Assembly: GCA_016192035.1 (NCBI GenBank)
Contig: JACPUW010000030.1
Location: 6,322 to 70,321, forward strand
Length of the DNA stretch: 64,000 nt
Reading direction: 5' to 3'
From: Bacteroidota bacterium
GTDB lineage: Bacteria; Bacteroidota; Bacteroidia; CAILMK01; JACPUW01
A program made the position numbers and the translations under genes. Positions 40,941-51,197 of the stretch are shown here, piece by piece (within the stretch, counting starts at the first letter, position 1; each line of letters begins with the position of its first letter). A model generated the notes under the pieces. That model did not search any database and was not told the DNA's origin. It saw nothing but the letters and a program-made list of their open reading frames with translations.

Positions 40941-42056
40941 ATGATGAGCAAGCACAATTTAAAGTTTGACAATTCCATCAACCGTGAATTTACCAAGGCG
41001 CTCATGGGCCGGGTGGACCATTATTTCAGGAGCAACAACCTGTCGCGCAATGCAGACTGGACCCTCCATGTGAAAACCGCAGTGGTTTTCGCCATGTTTT
41101 TTGTTCCTCTGGGGCTGCTTTTCACTTCCTTGTCCCAGTCGCTATGGATTGCATCTGCCCTATACGTTATCATGGGGGTGGGCAAGGCCTGCATAGGCCT
41201 ATGCATTATGCATGATGCCAACCACGGGGCATTTTCAAACCACAAGTGGGTTAATAACCTGTTTAGTTATTCACTGAACGCCATTGGGGGAAGCTCCACC
41301 AACTGGAAGATTCAGCACAACTATAAACACCACACATACACTAACATAGAAGGCCACGACGACGACATATCGCCGGCCAAGATCCTGCGGTTCTCGCCCC
41401 ATGCCAAGTATAGGCCCATTTACCGGTTTCAGCATGTGTATGCCTGGTTCTTTTACGGGCTTATGACATTTAGCTGGATACTATGGAAGGACTACAAGGA
41501 ATTGATGGCCTACCATCGAGATGGTTTGCTGGAAAGACACAAGACCAACTTGGCAAAGGAGATGGCGATTGTGCTCATTACCAAGATAGTGTACATAACC
41601 TATATGCTTGTGCTGCCCATACTCTTTACCGGCATGCCCGTATGGTTCATACTCGTTGGGTTCTTTGTGATGCACTTTGTGGCAGGGTTTATACTGGCCA
41701 TCATTTTTCAGCCAGCACATGTGGTAGAACAAAACGATTTCCTCCTTATAAAGGAAGACCAAGACAACGTGAACGATTCGTGGTTTTCACACCAGCTAAA
41801 GACTACCGCCGATTATGCACAGGGCAATAGGTTGTTTTCTTGGTTTGTGGGCGGCCTTAACTTCCAGGTAGAGCACCACCTGTTTCCCTCCATAGCCCAC
41901 GTGCACTACCATAAAATAGCCCCCATAGTGCAGCAAACGGCCCAGGAATACGGCATTCCTTATCACAGTTACCGCACTTTTGGCGGTGCCATCCGCGCAC
42001 ACTACCGCATGTTGAAACTGCTAGGCCAACCTGATGCAGGCCTTCGATATAGCTAA
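40941..42056 (+). CDS. Acyl-CoA/fatty acid desaturase
   Basis: His boxes HDANH, HNYKHH, QVEHH. Confidence 0.93.
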   Translation: MMSKHNLKFDNSINREFTKALMGRVDHYFRSNNLSRNADWTLHVKTAVVFAMFFVPLGLLFTSLSQSLWIASALYVIMGVGKACIGLCIMHDANHGAFSNHKWVNNLFSYSLNAIGGSSTNWKIQHNYKHHTYTNIEGHDDDISPAKILRFSPHAKYRPIYRFQHVYAWFFYGLMTFSWILWKDYKELMAYHRDGLLERHKTNLAKEMAIVLITKIVYITYMLVLPILFTGMPVWFILVGFFVMHFVAGFILAIIFQPAHVVEQNDFLLIKEDQDNVNDSWFSHQLKTTADYAQGNRLFSWFVGGLNFQVEHHLFPSIAHVHYHKIAPIVQQTAQEYGIPYHSYRTFGGAIRAHYRMLKLLGQPDAGLRYS

Positions 42057-42086
42057 AAAAAAAGCCCCGATTTCGGGGCTTTTTTT
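42055..42086. terminator. Bidirectional terminator
   Basis: A run + GCCCCGA-TT-TCGGGGC + T run. Confidence 0.82.
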
Positions 42087-42101
42087 ATATGATCATGCTG
42101 G

Positions 42102-42872
42102 TTATTGCACCACAAGGTGTTGTACGCCTTGCCCTTTGTCGTCCCTGGCTATCACCAGGTATGTGCCCGGCAGCAGGCCGTTGGCCAACACATCTCCCAC
42201 GGCACCATCACTTCTAAAGACCTCCTTGCCCTGAAGGGTTACTATGCGCACGTCAAGGGGGGTTGGCAAGTGAAGCGCCACTTGGCCGCTAGAAGGGTTG
42301 GGATAGACGCTTACCTGCGTTGGGTTCAACTCTTGATCCATTGATGTGGAACTGCTTATTGTCAATGAGTTGGTATAGATTTTATCGCCGGTGGGGTTAC
42401 CGTCGCCGTTGCTGGCATTGCCGGCAGCAAACAGGGTAACCGTGCCTTCAACGGTAGAGGGGGCTTGCCATTCAAAGGTGAATGTGCCGCTGCTGCTGGG
42501 GCTGGCATGCTGCACGTAGTTGTTGCCGCCGCTGGTAAACAACTCATTGCCCGAAAGGGGCTTAAGGTTGCCTACAGGCTGGTTGCTGGAATTGAGCATG
42601 GTGGCCTGAAACCCTCTTTTGGAACTGGTTTCATCGTTCACGTTCACTGTTATGGTATAGGTTTCACCGGGCGTGTATCCTTCAATACCAGAAAAAGAAA
42701 GGCTGCCCCCTCCGCTATTGGCTGTCCCCATGTGGCATACCGTGCAGTTGTTTCCGCCTTCTTTGGGCGAACCCGAAGCGGCAGCACTGGGGCCTGAAGC
42801 GTTGGACAATAGCACTAGGCCAATGGGCAAACTCAGGACGGCGGCGGCAATAATGGTACGTGTAAACTTCAT
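42102..42872 (-). CDS. Reeler-like (choice-of-anchor V-like) protein with CxxCH and T9SS CTD
   Basis: CTVCH, YTPGETYTITV, GFQAT, FEWQAP, AGNASNGDG..GD; CTD VYPNPS. Confidence 0.8.
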   Translation of the reverse strand: MKFTRTIIAAAVLSLPIGLVLLSNASGPSAAASGSPKEGGNNCTVCHMGTANSGGGSLSFSGIEGYTPGETYTITVNVNDETSSKRGFQATMLNSSNQPVGNLKPLSGNELFTSGGNNYVQHASPSSSGTFTFEWQAPSTVEGTVTLFAAGNASNGDGNPTGDKIYTNSLTISSSTSMDQELNPTQVSVYPNPSSGQVALHLPTPLDVRIVTLQGKEVFRSDGAVGDVLANGLLPGTYLVIARDDKGQGVQHLVVQ

Positions 42873-43006
42873 TGGTTGGTGTTTTTTGGGGTTTAATGTT
42901 ATGACATGTAATTTCTACATGCCCAAAAAACTGATATATATTAGGTTTTGTTTAGGCCATGCCGCTGACCGGGCCATAAAAAGCCATTTTGCCCTAAAAA
43001 TGGTCC

Positions 43007-43456
43007 CTACTTTACCTTAAAAGTTTTTTCAATGGTTTCTCCGTCCACCAACACTTTCCATTGTAGGGTGGTGTTCTCCAGTTTCAGCAGATCGGCGGTA
43101 AAGGTTGTATCCGCCATTTTCAAGGTTATCTTCTTGTTGGGCTCGTCCAGGGTATAGCCACCCCGCTCCAGGGCAGGCTCGGGGTTTACCGTGCATGTGG
43201 TAGTTCCCGCATCTATGTTGTAATTGCCGTATGTATCAAAAACATAGATATTGTCCATTTCACAGGCCTGGTTACTGGCGGTTATGTCATGTCCGTTATA
43301 CAATTCCTTGTCCAAGAGCCAATAGCGTTCATCCCCGCCGTGCAAGGCCCACTCCATATCGGTGTAGTCAACTATGGGCTCATCGGGCTCCTGTGGATTG
43401 CAGGCCGCGATGAAGAGGAGCAAGGTGAGCGCGGCAATCGATAACGTGGTTCTCAT
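43007..43456 (-). CDS. Lipocalin-like domain lipoprotein
   Basis: IAAC lipobox, CEMDNIYVF...AGTTTC. Confidence 0.7.
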   Translation of the reverse strand: MRTTLSIAALTLLLFIAACNPQEPDEPIVDYTDMEWALHGGDERYWLLDKELYNGHDITASNQACEMDNIYVFDTYGNYNIDAGTTTCTVNPEPALERGGYTLDEPNKKITLKMADTTFTADLLKLENTTLQWKVLVDGETIEKTFKVK

Positions 43457-43595
43457 ATCAAACAGGGGTTTTAATGCGATAATACAAATAATTGGCTTTT
43501 TGGGTGGCCGGTAGTTGTGGGCAATGATGGGATATATGTTGCTATCAATGAATTTGTAGATAATTTTGAGCCCATCAATCAGATCAAACGAGCAA

Positions 43596-44009
43596 ATGAT
43601 GAGGTATTTCCCTTTCTTATTGGTTACTGTGGTACTTGTATCGGCCAGTTCATTCATTGCCCCCCCGCAGGAGGAAGAGTGCCCCTGCAAGAGCAAAGAA
43701 GAACTCACCCAAGAAGACTTGCTGTGCATGAACAGTGCGGCTAAGATTTATTCTTGCCTCAACGGGGTGGACATAGCCCCTGAGGATGTTTTTTCATGTG
43801 AATGGACCATCTACACGGGTGAAGAAACCATACTCAATAGGTATGATAAGGATGAAATGCCCTTGATAATCAAAAACAACATTTTAAGGGCAAAGAAACT
43901 GTGGATCAGGGGTCTGCGTTTGCGTGGTGAGGATAGGAAACCAAGTGATACCTACCTGCGAAAGCCTGCCAAGATTGTGTTTAAGGAGCACCGGAAAGTG
44001 CCCAACTAG
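43596..44009 (+). CDS. Hypothetical secreted Cys-containing protein
   Basis: Signal peptide, 5 Cys; divergent from the lipocalin-like gene. Confidence 0.6.
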   Translation: MMRYFPFLLVTVVLVSASSFIAPPQEEECPCKSKEELTQEDLLCMNSAAKIYSCLNGVDIAPEDVFSCEWTIYTGEETILNRYDKDEMPLIIKNNILRAKKLWIRGLRLRGEDRKPSDTYLRKPAKIVFKEHRKVPN

Positions 44010-44040
44010 GGGTATCACCAGCCACATCCCCCCCCCTGGT

Positions 44041-44685
44041 TTAATCTACCAGGCCTGCCCGGATGGCATAGCGGATGAGCGCAGCTATATTCTTGGCATC
44101 CAATTTCCTCATTAGGTTGGTGCGGTGGGTGTCCACGGTGCGATGGCTAATAAAGAGTTTGTCACCTATCTCCTTGTTTGAGTAGCCCTGAGCTATCATC
44201 TTTAGGATTTCGATTTCCCTTTCGGTAAGTGAGGTGTCTATCTCAAAATTCTGGAGTTTTATTTTGGAGCCGTCGGTCATGGAAGCCAAGCTCATGGTCA
44301 CCTCCGGCGAAAAGTATTTTTCGCCCCGTACCACCTTGCGTATGGCTTCTATCAATTCATGTTGATTGGTATTTTTTAGCAGGTAGCCATCAGCCCCCAC
44401 CTCCAGTACTTTCTGTATTATTCCCTTTTCGTTGTGCATGGTGAGCACCAATACCTTTACTTCAGGGTGTTTCTTTTTGATAATCTCGGTGGCTTGCATA
44501 CCGTTCATTATGGGCATGTCTATGTCAACCAAGACCACGTCCAGCTTGAAATTGTCGGCAACCAAGCACAAATCCCGTCCATTGGTAACATCTGAAACAA
44601 GTTCAAAATCAGGAACTTCATGTATTAGCGATTTCAGCCCGTCCAACACCAATTGGTGATCGTCTGCCAATGCCAACCTTACCAT
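44041..44685 (-). CDS. NarL/FixJ (LuxR-HTH) response regulator
   Basis: ADDHQLV, DIDMP, LTEREIEIL...SNKEIGDKLFISHRTVDTHR. Confidence 0.94.
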   Translation of the reverse strand: MVRLALADDHQLVLDGLKSLIHEVPDFELVSDVTNGRDLCLVADNFKLDVVLVDIDMPIMNGMQATEIIKKKHPEVKVLVLTMHNEKGIIQKVLEVGADGYLLKNTNQHELIEAIRKVVRGEKYFSPEVTMSLASMTDGSKIKLQNFEIDTSLTEREIEILKMIAQGYSNKEIGDKLFISHRTVDTHRTNLMRKLDAKNIAALIRYAIRAGLVD

Positions 44686-44797
44686 CTTACTTATTAATTA
44701 CCGCCGTGCTTACAGTTGCGAAAAGTAGGGTTTATTCCTTTAACAATGTCAAGTGCAATGTCAACGGACGCTCACTTTATGGCTAAAGGACACATTA

Positions 44798-45430
44798 TCA
44801 ATAGCTATATACCAGCGCGTAGTCTTCTATCCACTCAAACTGCATGGGCATGGTAAGCGATTCACCACCTTTTAGGTACCTCAACTTAAGCCGGGTATCG
44901 GCAATGGGGTCAAAGGGCAGCACCCGCAAGTGTTCCTTAAAATCAATTCCCCCACCGCCCAGCCGTTTAAAGGCGGCTTCCTTGGCGGCCCAAATAAGCA
45001 GGCATTGGTCGGCCCGGTGTAAATCTTGTATAAATGCCCATTCGTCCATATGCACAAACTTGTTGGCCACCTTGAGTATCCTATCGTGGCGCGGTTCCAG
45101 GTCTAGGCCAGCGGGCCTATCGCCCACTATCACCCCTACCATGCCTTGGCAGTGGGTAATGGCCACCTCAAAGTCGTAATTGATGATAATGGGTTTGCCC
45201 ATATGGTCCCATTCCATGAGTATGACCCCTTTGGGCTGTATGATCAAGCGAATGAGTAGCCTGGTGGCCAACCATTGTACCCTACGGCCTTCCGCTTTGA
45301 TAGATCCCAGAAAGGCGTGTTCTTCTTCATTGAGCCACAGTTGGTCCATAAAGTGCGATTCGGGCTCTTCTAAGCGCCATATGCCTAAATAATTGGCCCC
45401 TGACAAGGGGCGGATCTCCACTAGCGCCAC
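44798..45430 (-). CDS. 4'-phosphopantetheinyl transferase superfamily protein
   Basis: GKP, ITH, GLDLE, WAAKEAAFK. Confidence 0.88.
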   Translation of the reverse strand: MALVEIRPLSGANYLGIWRLEEPESHFMDQLWLNEEEHAFLGSIKAEGRRVQWLATRLLIRLIIQPKGVILMEWDHMGKPIIINYDFEVAITHCQGMVGVIVGDRPAGLDLEPRHDRILKVANKFVHMDEWAFIQDLHRADQCLLIWAAKEAAFKRLGGGGIDFKEHLRVLPFDPIADTRLKLRYLKGGESLTMPMQFEWIEDYALVYSY

Positions 45431-45476
45431 CTATTTTTGCATTGGTTCCACGGGGTAAAATTATATTCCCTAACCC

Positions 45477-46382
45477 ATGAAAGTCTTGGTTTCCCCACTG
45501 GCCTACCAGGCTGCCCATACAGATGCTGTGTATGCCCTTCACCCCGCTGGCCACGGAGCATACTATTCCGGATCGGGTGACGGGCGGTTGCTCTCGTGGC
45601 GGATGTCCACTCCTGATACGGCTATTATGCTGGCCAAAGTAGATGGATCTATCTATACGATCAATATCCTGGATAATAACCGGATAGCCATCGGAACCAA
45701 TAGGGGTGAGCTATATGGGGTAGATATGGGCCACAAACGGTTGGATACATCACTGGAGCTGGGCCAGGGTATATTTTGTTCCCTGGTGCAGGGGCACACG
45801 CTATGGTTGGGATGTGCCCTGGGCTACATCTATCAGGTGGATTTGCGCGACTGGAGTACCCAAGGGCCTTGGAAAGTGGCCGGGCATCATGTGAGGTGCC
45901 TTTGTTCATGGCCAGCCGCTGGCTTGGTACTGGCTGGCAGCAGCGACCGTAGCATAGTAGCGCTCAGTACCAATGGATCAGTGGCTTGGAAGCAAGAAGG
46001 CGCACATGATGATTCCGTCTTTACATTGGCACTAACACCACAGGGGCACTTGCTATCAGGGGGTAAGGATGCCTATATCAAACAATGGGAAATGCTTGAG
46101 AATGGCCTTGCCCAGATTAATGGCATTCCGGCCCATCTCTTTGCGGTGAATCAACTGGCCCTACACCCCAGCGGAAAGTGGTTTGCCAGTGCCAGCCGCG
46201 ATAAGACCATTCGGCTGTGGGAAACAGAAACCCTCCTGCTGATAAAGGTAATCAACCGGGAGAAGATGGCCGGCGCATCCACCCATTCTGTCAACCGTAT
46301 TATGTGGCTTGACCACCACCATTTGGTGGCAGCAGGCGATGACCGTGTGGTACGGGTTTTTACCTTGGAATGGCAGGATTAG
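45477..46382 (+). CDS. WD40 repeat protein
   Basis: Repeats SGSGDGRLLSW, SGGKDAYIKQW, SASRDKTIRLW, AAGDDRVVRVF. Confidence 0.9.
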   Translation: MKVLVSPLAYQAAHTDAVYALHPAGHGAYYSGSGDGRLLSWRMSTPDTAIMLAKVDGSIYTINILDNNRIAIGTNRGELYGVDMGHKRLDTSLELGQGIFCSLVQGHTLWLGCALGYIYQVDLRDWSTQGPWKVAGHHVRCLCSWPAAGLVLAGSSDRSIVALSTNGSVAWKQEGAHDDSVFTLALTPQGHLLSGGKDAYIKQWEMLENGLAQINGIPAHLFAVNQLALHPSGKWFASASRDKTIRLWETETLLLIKVINREKMAGASTHSVNRIMWLDHHHLVAAGDDRVVRVFTLEWQD

Positions 46383-46855
46383 GGCAGCAAGGGGGCGATA
46401 CCGCTTTTGCGCAATAGTCCCAGGGTTTCGCCCTTGCTGTGTATGTCCATCACTTGCAGCGTGACACTGGCAAAACATACCCTTTGGTCTTCTTCATCAC
46501 AAATCACCACATGCCATAGGTGTGTGCTGCGCCCTAGGTGAAAAGGAGTGGCTGTAGCGGTGATATGGCCACTGCGCACGGGTCTTAAATGTTTGCATGA
46601 CAGATCGGTGCCCATGACAAACTCTATGGAGCGGTCCACACATAGGTATCCCCCCAGGCTTGCCACGGTTTCGGCCAGGCTGGCCGAAGCCCCGCCGTGC
46701 AAAAAACCAATGGACTGCACCGTGCGGTGGTCTATGGGCATGGACGCGCTGATTTCGTTGGGGCCTATATGGGTGATCTCTATGCCCAAATGGTCAATAA
46801 TGGTGTTTTTGCAGCACAGATTCAATAGGGCTGTATCAACGGAGGTATCAATCAT
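46379..46855 (-). CDS. PaaI/hotdog-fold thioesterase (MenI-like)
   Basis: LHGGASASLAET, HLRPVRSG, HLGRSTHLW. Confidence 0.88.
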   Translation of the reverse strand: MIDTSVDTALLNLCCKNTIIDHLGIEITHIGPNEISASMPIDHRTVQSIGFLHGGASASLAETVASLGGYLCVDRSIEFVMGTDLSCKHLRPVRSGHITATATPFHLGRSTHLWHVVICDEEDQRVCFASVTLQVMDIHSKGETLGLLRKSGIAPLLP

Positions 46856-46999
46856 ATGCTTGGGATTGCTGCCAAATGTACTCCCCAACATGCATATGGT
46901 GCATGCACTTGGTGTGAGCCAAGCTCCCCTCACAAAACACTGGTGGGCTGTGGCTGGGGGGGTGCTGGTATTGTGCACGGCAACCGACTTTTGCCCGTG

Positions 47000-48274
47000 A
47001 TGAACGGAGCCCCTCTGCCACCATTGGCCGAACGTATGCGCCCAGAGGTACTGGACGACTACATAGGCCAAACCCACTTGCTGGGGCCTGATGGCCCGCT
47101 AAGGGGTCTAATTAACAATAAAACATTGACTTCCATGTTGCTGTGGGGGCCTCCGGGAGTGGGTAAAACCACCTTGGCCCGCTTGCTGGCCCTGGAATCG
47201 GGCTTGGCTTTTTATAGCATCAGCGCGGTACAGGCCGGCCTTAAGGAAGTGAGGCAGGTGATGGACATAGCCAAGAAATTGGGCAAGGCGGTATTGTTTA
47301 TTGACGAAATACACCGATTCAACAAGGCGCAGCAAGATGCCCTGCTGGGAGCGGTAGAACAGGGCTATGTGGTATTGATAGGCGCTACTACGGAAAACCC
47401 ATCCTTTGAGGTTATCAATGCGCTGCTGAGCCGGTGCCAGGTGTATGTGCTCCGCGAACTGGACAGGGAATGCATGATGGAAATAGCCAACCGGGCACTG
47501 TTGCGCGATACCCACCTGCGCACAAGGGAAATAGCACTGGCAGAAACAGATGCCTTGCTGCGCTTGGCCCAGGGGGATGCGCGTAAACTGCTCAACCTGT
47601 TGGAATTGGTGAGTAGCCAACACCACGGAGGGGGCAAGCTGGAGGTAACCGATGATTTGGTACAAAAGGTGGCGCAACAACTGCTGGTGCGCCATGATAA
47701 GGATGGTGAAGGACACTACAACCTCATATCGGCTTTTATTAAATCCATGAGGGGAAGTGACCCCAATGCGGCGGTCTATTACCTGGCCCGTATGCTGGCC
47801 GGAGGGGAGGATCCCAAGTTTGTGGCGCGGCGAATGGCCATATTGGCGTCTGAAGATATAGGCAATGCCAACCCTACCGCATTGGTGCTTGCTACCAATT
47901 GCCTACTGGCGGTGATGCAGATAGGCATGCCCGAGGCCAGGATCATCCTGAGCCAAACAGCGATTTACCTGGCTACCTCACCCAAATCAAATGCCGCATA
48001 TATGGCCATAGAATCGGCATATGGCATGGTGGAACAATACGGGGAACTGCCTGTGCCCATGTCCCTGCGCAACGCGCCGACCAAATGGATGAAGCAACAG
48101 GGGTACGGCGATGGGTACGCCTACGCGCATGACTACGAAAACAATTTTGTGAGACATGAATATATGCCGGATAGGGTAAAGGACAATACACTGTACCAAC
48201 CCGGCAACAACGAAAGGGAACAACACGCCAGAGCCTGGCTAAGAAAACTATGGAAGGGAAAATACGGCTATTGA
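47000..48274 (+). CDS. rarA: Replication-associated recombination protein A
   Basis: PLAERMRP, GPPGVGKT, DEIHRFNKAQQD, ATTENP, SAFIKSMRGSD. Confidence 0.95.
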   Translation: MNGAPLPPLAERMRPEVLDDYIGQTHLLGPDGPLRGLINNKTLTSMLLWGPPGVGKTTLARLLALESGLAFYSISAVQAGLKEVRQVMDIAKKLGKAVLFIDEIHRFNKAQQDALLGAVEQGYVVLIGATTENPSFEVINALLSRCQVYVLRELDRECMMEIANRALLRDTHLRTREIALAETDALLRLAQGDARKLLNLLELVSSQHHGGGKLEVTDDLVQKVAQQLLVRHDKDGEGHYNLISAFIKSMRGSDPNAAVYYLARMLAGGEDPKFVARRMAILASEDIGNANPTALVLATNCLLAVMQIGMPEARIILSQTAIYLATSPKSNAAYMAIESAYGMVEQYGELPVPMSLRNAPTKWMKQQGYGDGYAYAHDYENNFVRHEYMPDRVKDNTLYQPGNNEREQHARAWLRKLWKGKYGY

Positions 48275-49428
48275 TGGGTGGGTTATTCCTTTGGCTGTCA
48301 TGGCCCGGGTGGGGGTTTGCCCAGGGGTTTGTGGTAGAGGCATACAAGCCTGGGCCTGGAAGCCCTGCCGCCGCTGGGGCGGCGGAACGCGCACGGCGGG
48401 GCTCCTGTGGCTTTTCGTTTGGAACAGAGGAGGGCATTACCCTTCCGCTCTATATGTACTTGCCTGCCAACAAGGTAATTGAACAGTACAAAAGCCCAGT
48501 ATGTGTGCCCATTTCATCCATTGAAAAAGAAAGAGAAAACACTGATGCAGGCGATACCCTAAGCGGATGGGTACACTACCTGGCTGCACCGCCCTGGGTT
48601 TGGGAGCTTAGCCCTGGTAGGGGTGAGTTGGCCAAGATGAAGGAAAGCGGTGAGGTAGCCGTGCGGGGCAAGGTGGGGAAATGGGCTTTTGGCATATGCT
48701 ACAATGCGGTAAGAAACGAGGTGTATGTGAGCTATGTGGACCGTCCGTGGATACGGGTGTACGAGGGTGAGGGGCTTGTGCTGCGCGACTCCTTGCGCCT
48801 GCTGGGCAACTCGGGACGCTACATGGCCGTGTCGGGGCCGGGCGATAGGCTGTACGTGGGGGTTAGGTCGTGCCGGGCTATAGTAATGTTTGATTTAAAC
48901 AAACAAAGAATGACCGGGTTTGTGCGCACGGGCAACCTGCCGGGACCCATGTACTGGTCTGAAAACCAGGTGCTGTACTCGCTCAATGACCGATACCGGG
49001 TAGTTTCAAAATTTGACGCAAATACCCTGGCACACCTAGAAAGCCAGCGCCTGGACCTGGATGGCCCCATCACAAGTTTTGTAGCCGGTGGCCAAGGGCT
49101 GCAAATAAGCGGCATTGAGGGCGGGGTGCGGATAAGTGATACACTGGCCAAGCGTGCGGATTACTACACAGAAACCAGCCTGGACAGCACTGGTGGGGCC
49201 TATACCTGGATAGCCAGTAGCCATACCAAACCAAAATGGGCACTGGCAAGGATGAAAGAATTTGAAAAATTGGGCCTTAGCTGCTCGCTGGGCCGCACAA
49301 GCGATGGGTATTACCGCGTATGTGTGGGGCTATACCCAAACCAGGAAAAAGCCGTGGAAGAAAAAAATGCCCATGCCGATGCCCTAATGGGGGCTTGGTT
49401 AATGTCAATCAATCCCAAGAAGTTTTAA
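48274..49428 (+). CDS. Periplasmic YncE-like beta-propeller with C-terminal SPOR domain
   Basis: Signal peptide; blades (VYVS, LYVG); C-terminal YYRVCVGLY...AWL; TGATG overlap with rarA. Confidence 0.6.
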   Translation: MGGLFLWLSWPGWGFAQGFVVEAYKPGPGSPAAAGAAERARRGSCGFSFGTEEGITLPLYMYLPANKVIEQYKSPVCVPISSIEKERENTDAGDTLSGWVHYLAAPPWVWELSPGRGELAKMKESGEVAVRGKVGKWAFGICYNAVRNEVYVSYVDRPWIRVYEGEGLVLRDSLRLLGNSGRYMAVSGPGDRLYVGVRSCRAIVMFDLNKQRMTGFVRTGNLPGPMYWSENQVLYSLNDRYRVVSKFDANTLAHLESQRLDLDGPITSFVAGGQGLQISGIEGGVRISDTLAKRADYYTETSLDSTGGAYTWIASSHTKPKWALARMKEFEKLGLSCSLGRTSDGYYRVCVGLYPNQEKAVEEKNAHADALMGAWLMSINPKKF

Positions 49429-49463
49429 AAAAATGGCGGTCCTTACTGATAAAGACCGCCATG
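49427..49463 (-). terminator. Intrinsic terminator
   Basis: A run + TGGCGGTC...GACCGCCA. Confidence 0.7.
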
Positions 49464-49485
49464 TATCAAGTAATAACAAGCTGGT

Positions 49486-50538
49486 TTACTGTACAAAGAA
49501 TTTTTTTACTCCAGCGTACTCGCCATCGGCATAGATGCTAAGCATATACACCCCGGGTAGCATGGCAGGTAGGGCTATTTGCGACTCGAAGTGAGATGTA
49601 AAGCCTACGTTTTCAGTTGTTTCAGCCACTTGTTGGCCATTGGCCGAATACACCTCAAAACGGTAATTTCCGGCTTTGTCCTTGTTGTCCATGCCTATAT
49701 GGAGTTTGCCAAAGGCATAAAACAACTCGTTCATTTCTAGGGCGTCTTCATTTATGGAATTGGGAACTACCGATAGGTTGACGCAGCCCATGTTGTTTCC
49801 CACATACCCTTCAACTATGGTGGCCGTGGTGCCGCTCACCGTGGCCCAGTAATAGGCCACACAGATCTCAATATTGCCCGTGGGAAAATCGCGGGGAAAA
49901 GTGAGTCCCAAGGTAACATTTCCCGTGGCATTGGGTGCTATGGGGGCGCCACTGTACTGCGCAACCGCTAGGTTGCCTTGTTGTTGCCCATTGAGCAAAG
50001 GCACATACACCAGGGTGCTGCCATTGTTAAACATTTCATAGCCTACGTTGGTGAGGCCTACAGTGAAGTTTACCGTGGACCAATTCCGTATTTCGGTTCC
50101 CGATGTGGGCGATACAATACTTACAGACAGGTCTTTAGCTATTTGGTCAACAATCTTGTAATCCACCATCAGGGTGTTGTTTGAATCGGCTTTGTCATTG
50201 TTTAGCACCACCTTAACGGTAAGGGTGGCCGAATCGCCCGGGGTGTTGGGTATGGCCAGTGTGGCATTGAAATTCAGGTTGTTGCCCATGGGCAATTCGG
50301 CATTAAGGGTAGCGGTGTTGCCCACCTGTGCCAGTGGGTTGGCATCCCAGGCGTATTGCACCGATAACTGCGAACCAATGGGAAGTGTTTCGTTTACAGT
50401 TGTTTGAATTACAAAGGTGACATTGACGCCGGCCTTTATTTCGGCGCCGTCGGCGGGCAATATGCCCGTGGTGGCTATGTCCTGGCCTTGTGCTGCCACA
50501 GCCAAAAACAATAGGAGGGAGAGGAAAACTTTGTTCAT
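49486..50538 (-). CDS. T9SS cargo with Ig/CARDB-like domains
   Basis: Signal peptide, two beta-sandwich-like units, CTD VYSANGQQV...PGVYMLSI...KKFFVQ. Confidence 0.78.
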   Translation of the reverse strand: MNKVFLSLLLFLAVAAQGQDIATTGILPADGAEIKAGVNVTFVIQTTVNETLPIGSQLSVQYAWDANPLAQVGNTATLNAELPMGNNLNFNATLAIPNTPGDSATLTVKVVLNNDKADSNNTLMVDYKIVDQIAKDLSVSIVSPTSGTEIRNWSTVNFTVGLTNVGYEMFNNGSTLVYVPLLNGQQQGNLAVAQYSGAPIAPNATGNVTLGLTFPRDFPTGNIEICVAYYWATVSGTTATIVEGYVGNNMGCVNLSVVPNSINEDALEMNELFYAFGKLHIGMDNKDKAGNYRFEVYSANGQQVAETTENVGFTSHFESQIALPAMLPGVYMLSIYADGEYAGVKKFFVQ

Positions 50539-50620
50539 GGGAGATTTTTTTTTTTGATATGTTGCGAATGTAAACCTACGAATGGGTTGGGCTGCACCTA
50601 ATAATCCTAAACCAGTCCAA

Positions 50621-51151
50621 TTATGTACGCCTGTCGGTGGCTTGGGTAAAGGCGCGGTTTATTTCTATGATTTTCTTGAAATCTAATTGTCCAAGGCTTT
50701 CAAGCAGATGCTGCGCCACGGCCATGGCACGTTGGATCCTTTTATCTTGGCTTTTCACTTGTGAAACCCAGTACAATAGATACCTTTTTTTACCAGGGCT
50801 TAAGGCTGAAAATATTTCCCATATTCCTTCATTTGCGTCAAGGGCAGCTTCTAGCTCCCTGGGCATATCCATTCCGTAGGCCGAAGTATCCGGCCAAATA
50901 TCAACCGTAGCTTGGATGCCTTCATGTAGCCGGGCAGCCCGCAAGTCATTTTTGTTCAGCAATAAATAATGATAGTCTTGCGCCTTGAGTATGGCGCCCC
51001 TGCGTGTATGTGTCCCATTGATGCGGTAAAAGAACCGGTCATGGCCCAAGGCCAAGCAGCGTTCCACCACAGGCGCCTGAAGCTGTAGGTGATGGTCATA
51101 CACTTCATTTTCAAATCGCTGTACAGTAGCAGTGAAGCTAATGGGGTTCAT
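50621..51151 (-). CDS. YdeI/OmpD-associated family protein
   Basis: YGMDMPREL, FSALSPGKKR, KSQDKRIQR. Confidence 0.82.
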   Translation of the reverse strand: MNPISFTATVQRFENEVYDHHLQLQAPVVERCLALGHDRFFYRINGTHTRRGAILKAQDYHYLLLNKNDLRAARLHEGIQATVDIWPDTSAYGMDMPRELEAALDANEGIWEIFSALSPGKKRYLLYWVSQVKSQDKRIQRAMAVAQHLLESLGQLDFKKIIEINRAFTQATDRRT

Positions 51152-51197
51152 GCAGGGCAGTGGATAGGGAGGCTAAAAGTGTGGCCAAGAAACAAAG

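Noticed and set aside
44798..46855. PPTase + thioesterase as a secondary-metabolite cluster
   Set aside because: No NRPS, PKS or carrier protein nearby; they look like dispersed housekeeping genes.
50545..50555. T11 tract (also T10 at 34505-34514 and C9 at 44028-44036) as phase-variation switches
   Set aside because: All are non-coding; A-rich translation-initiation regions are normal in Bacteroidota and there is no evidence of length variation.
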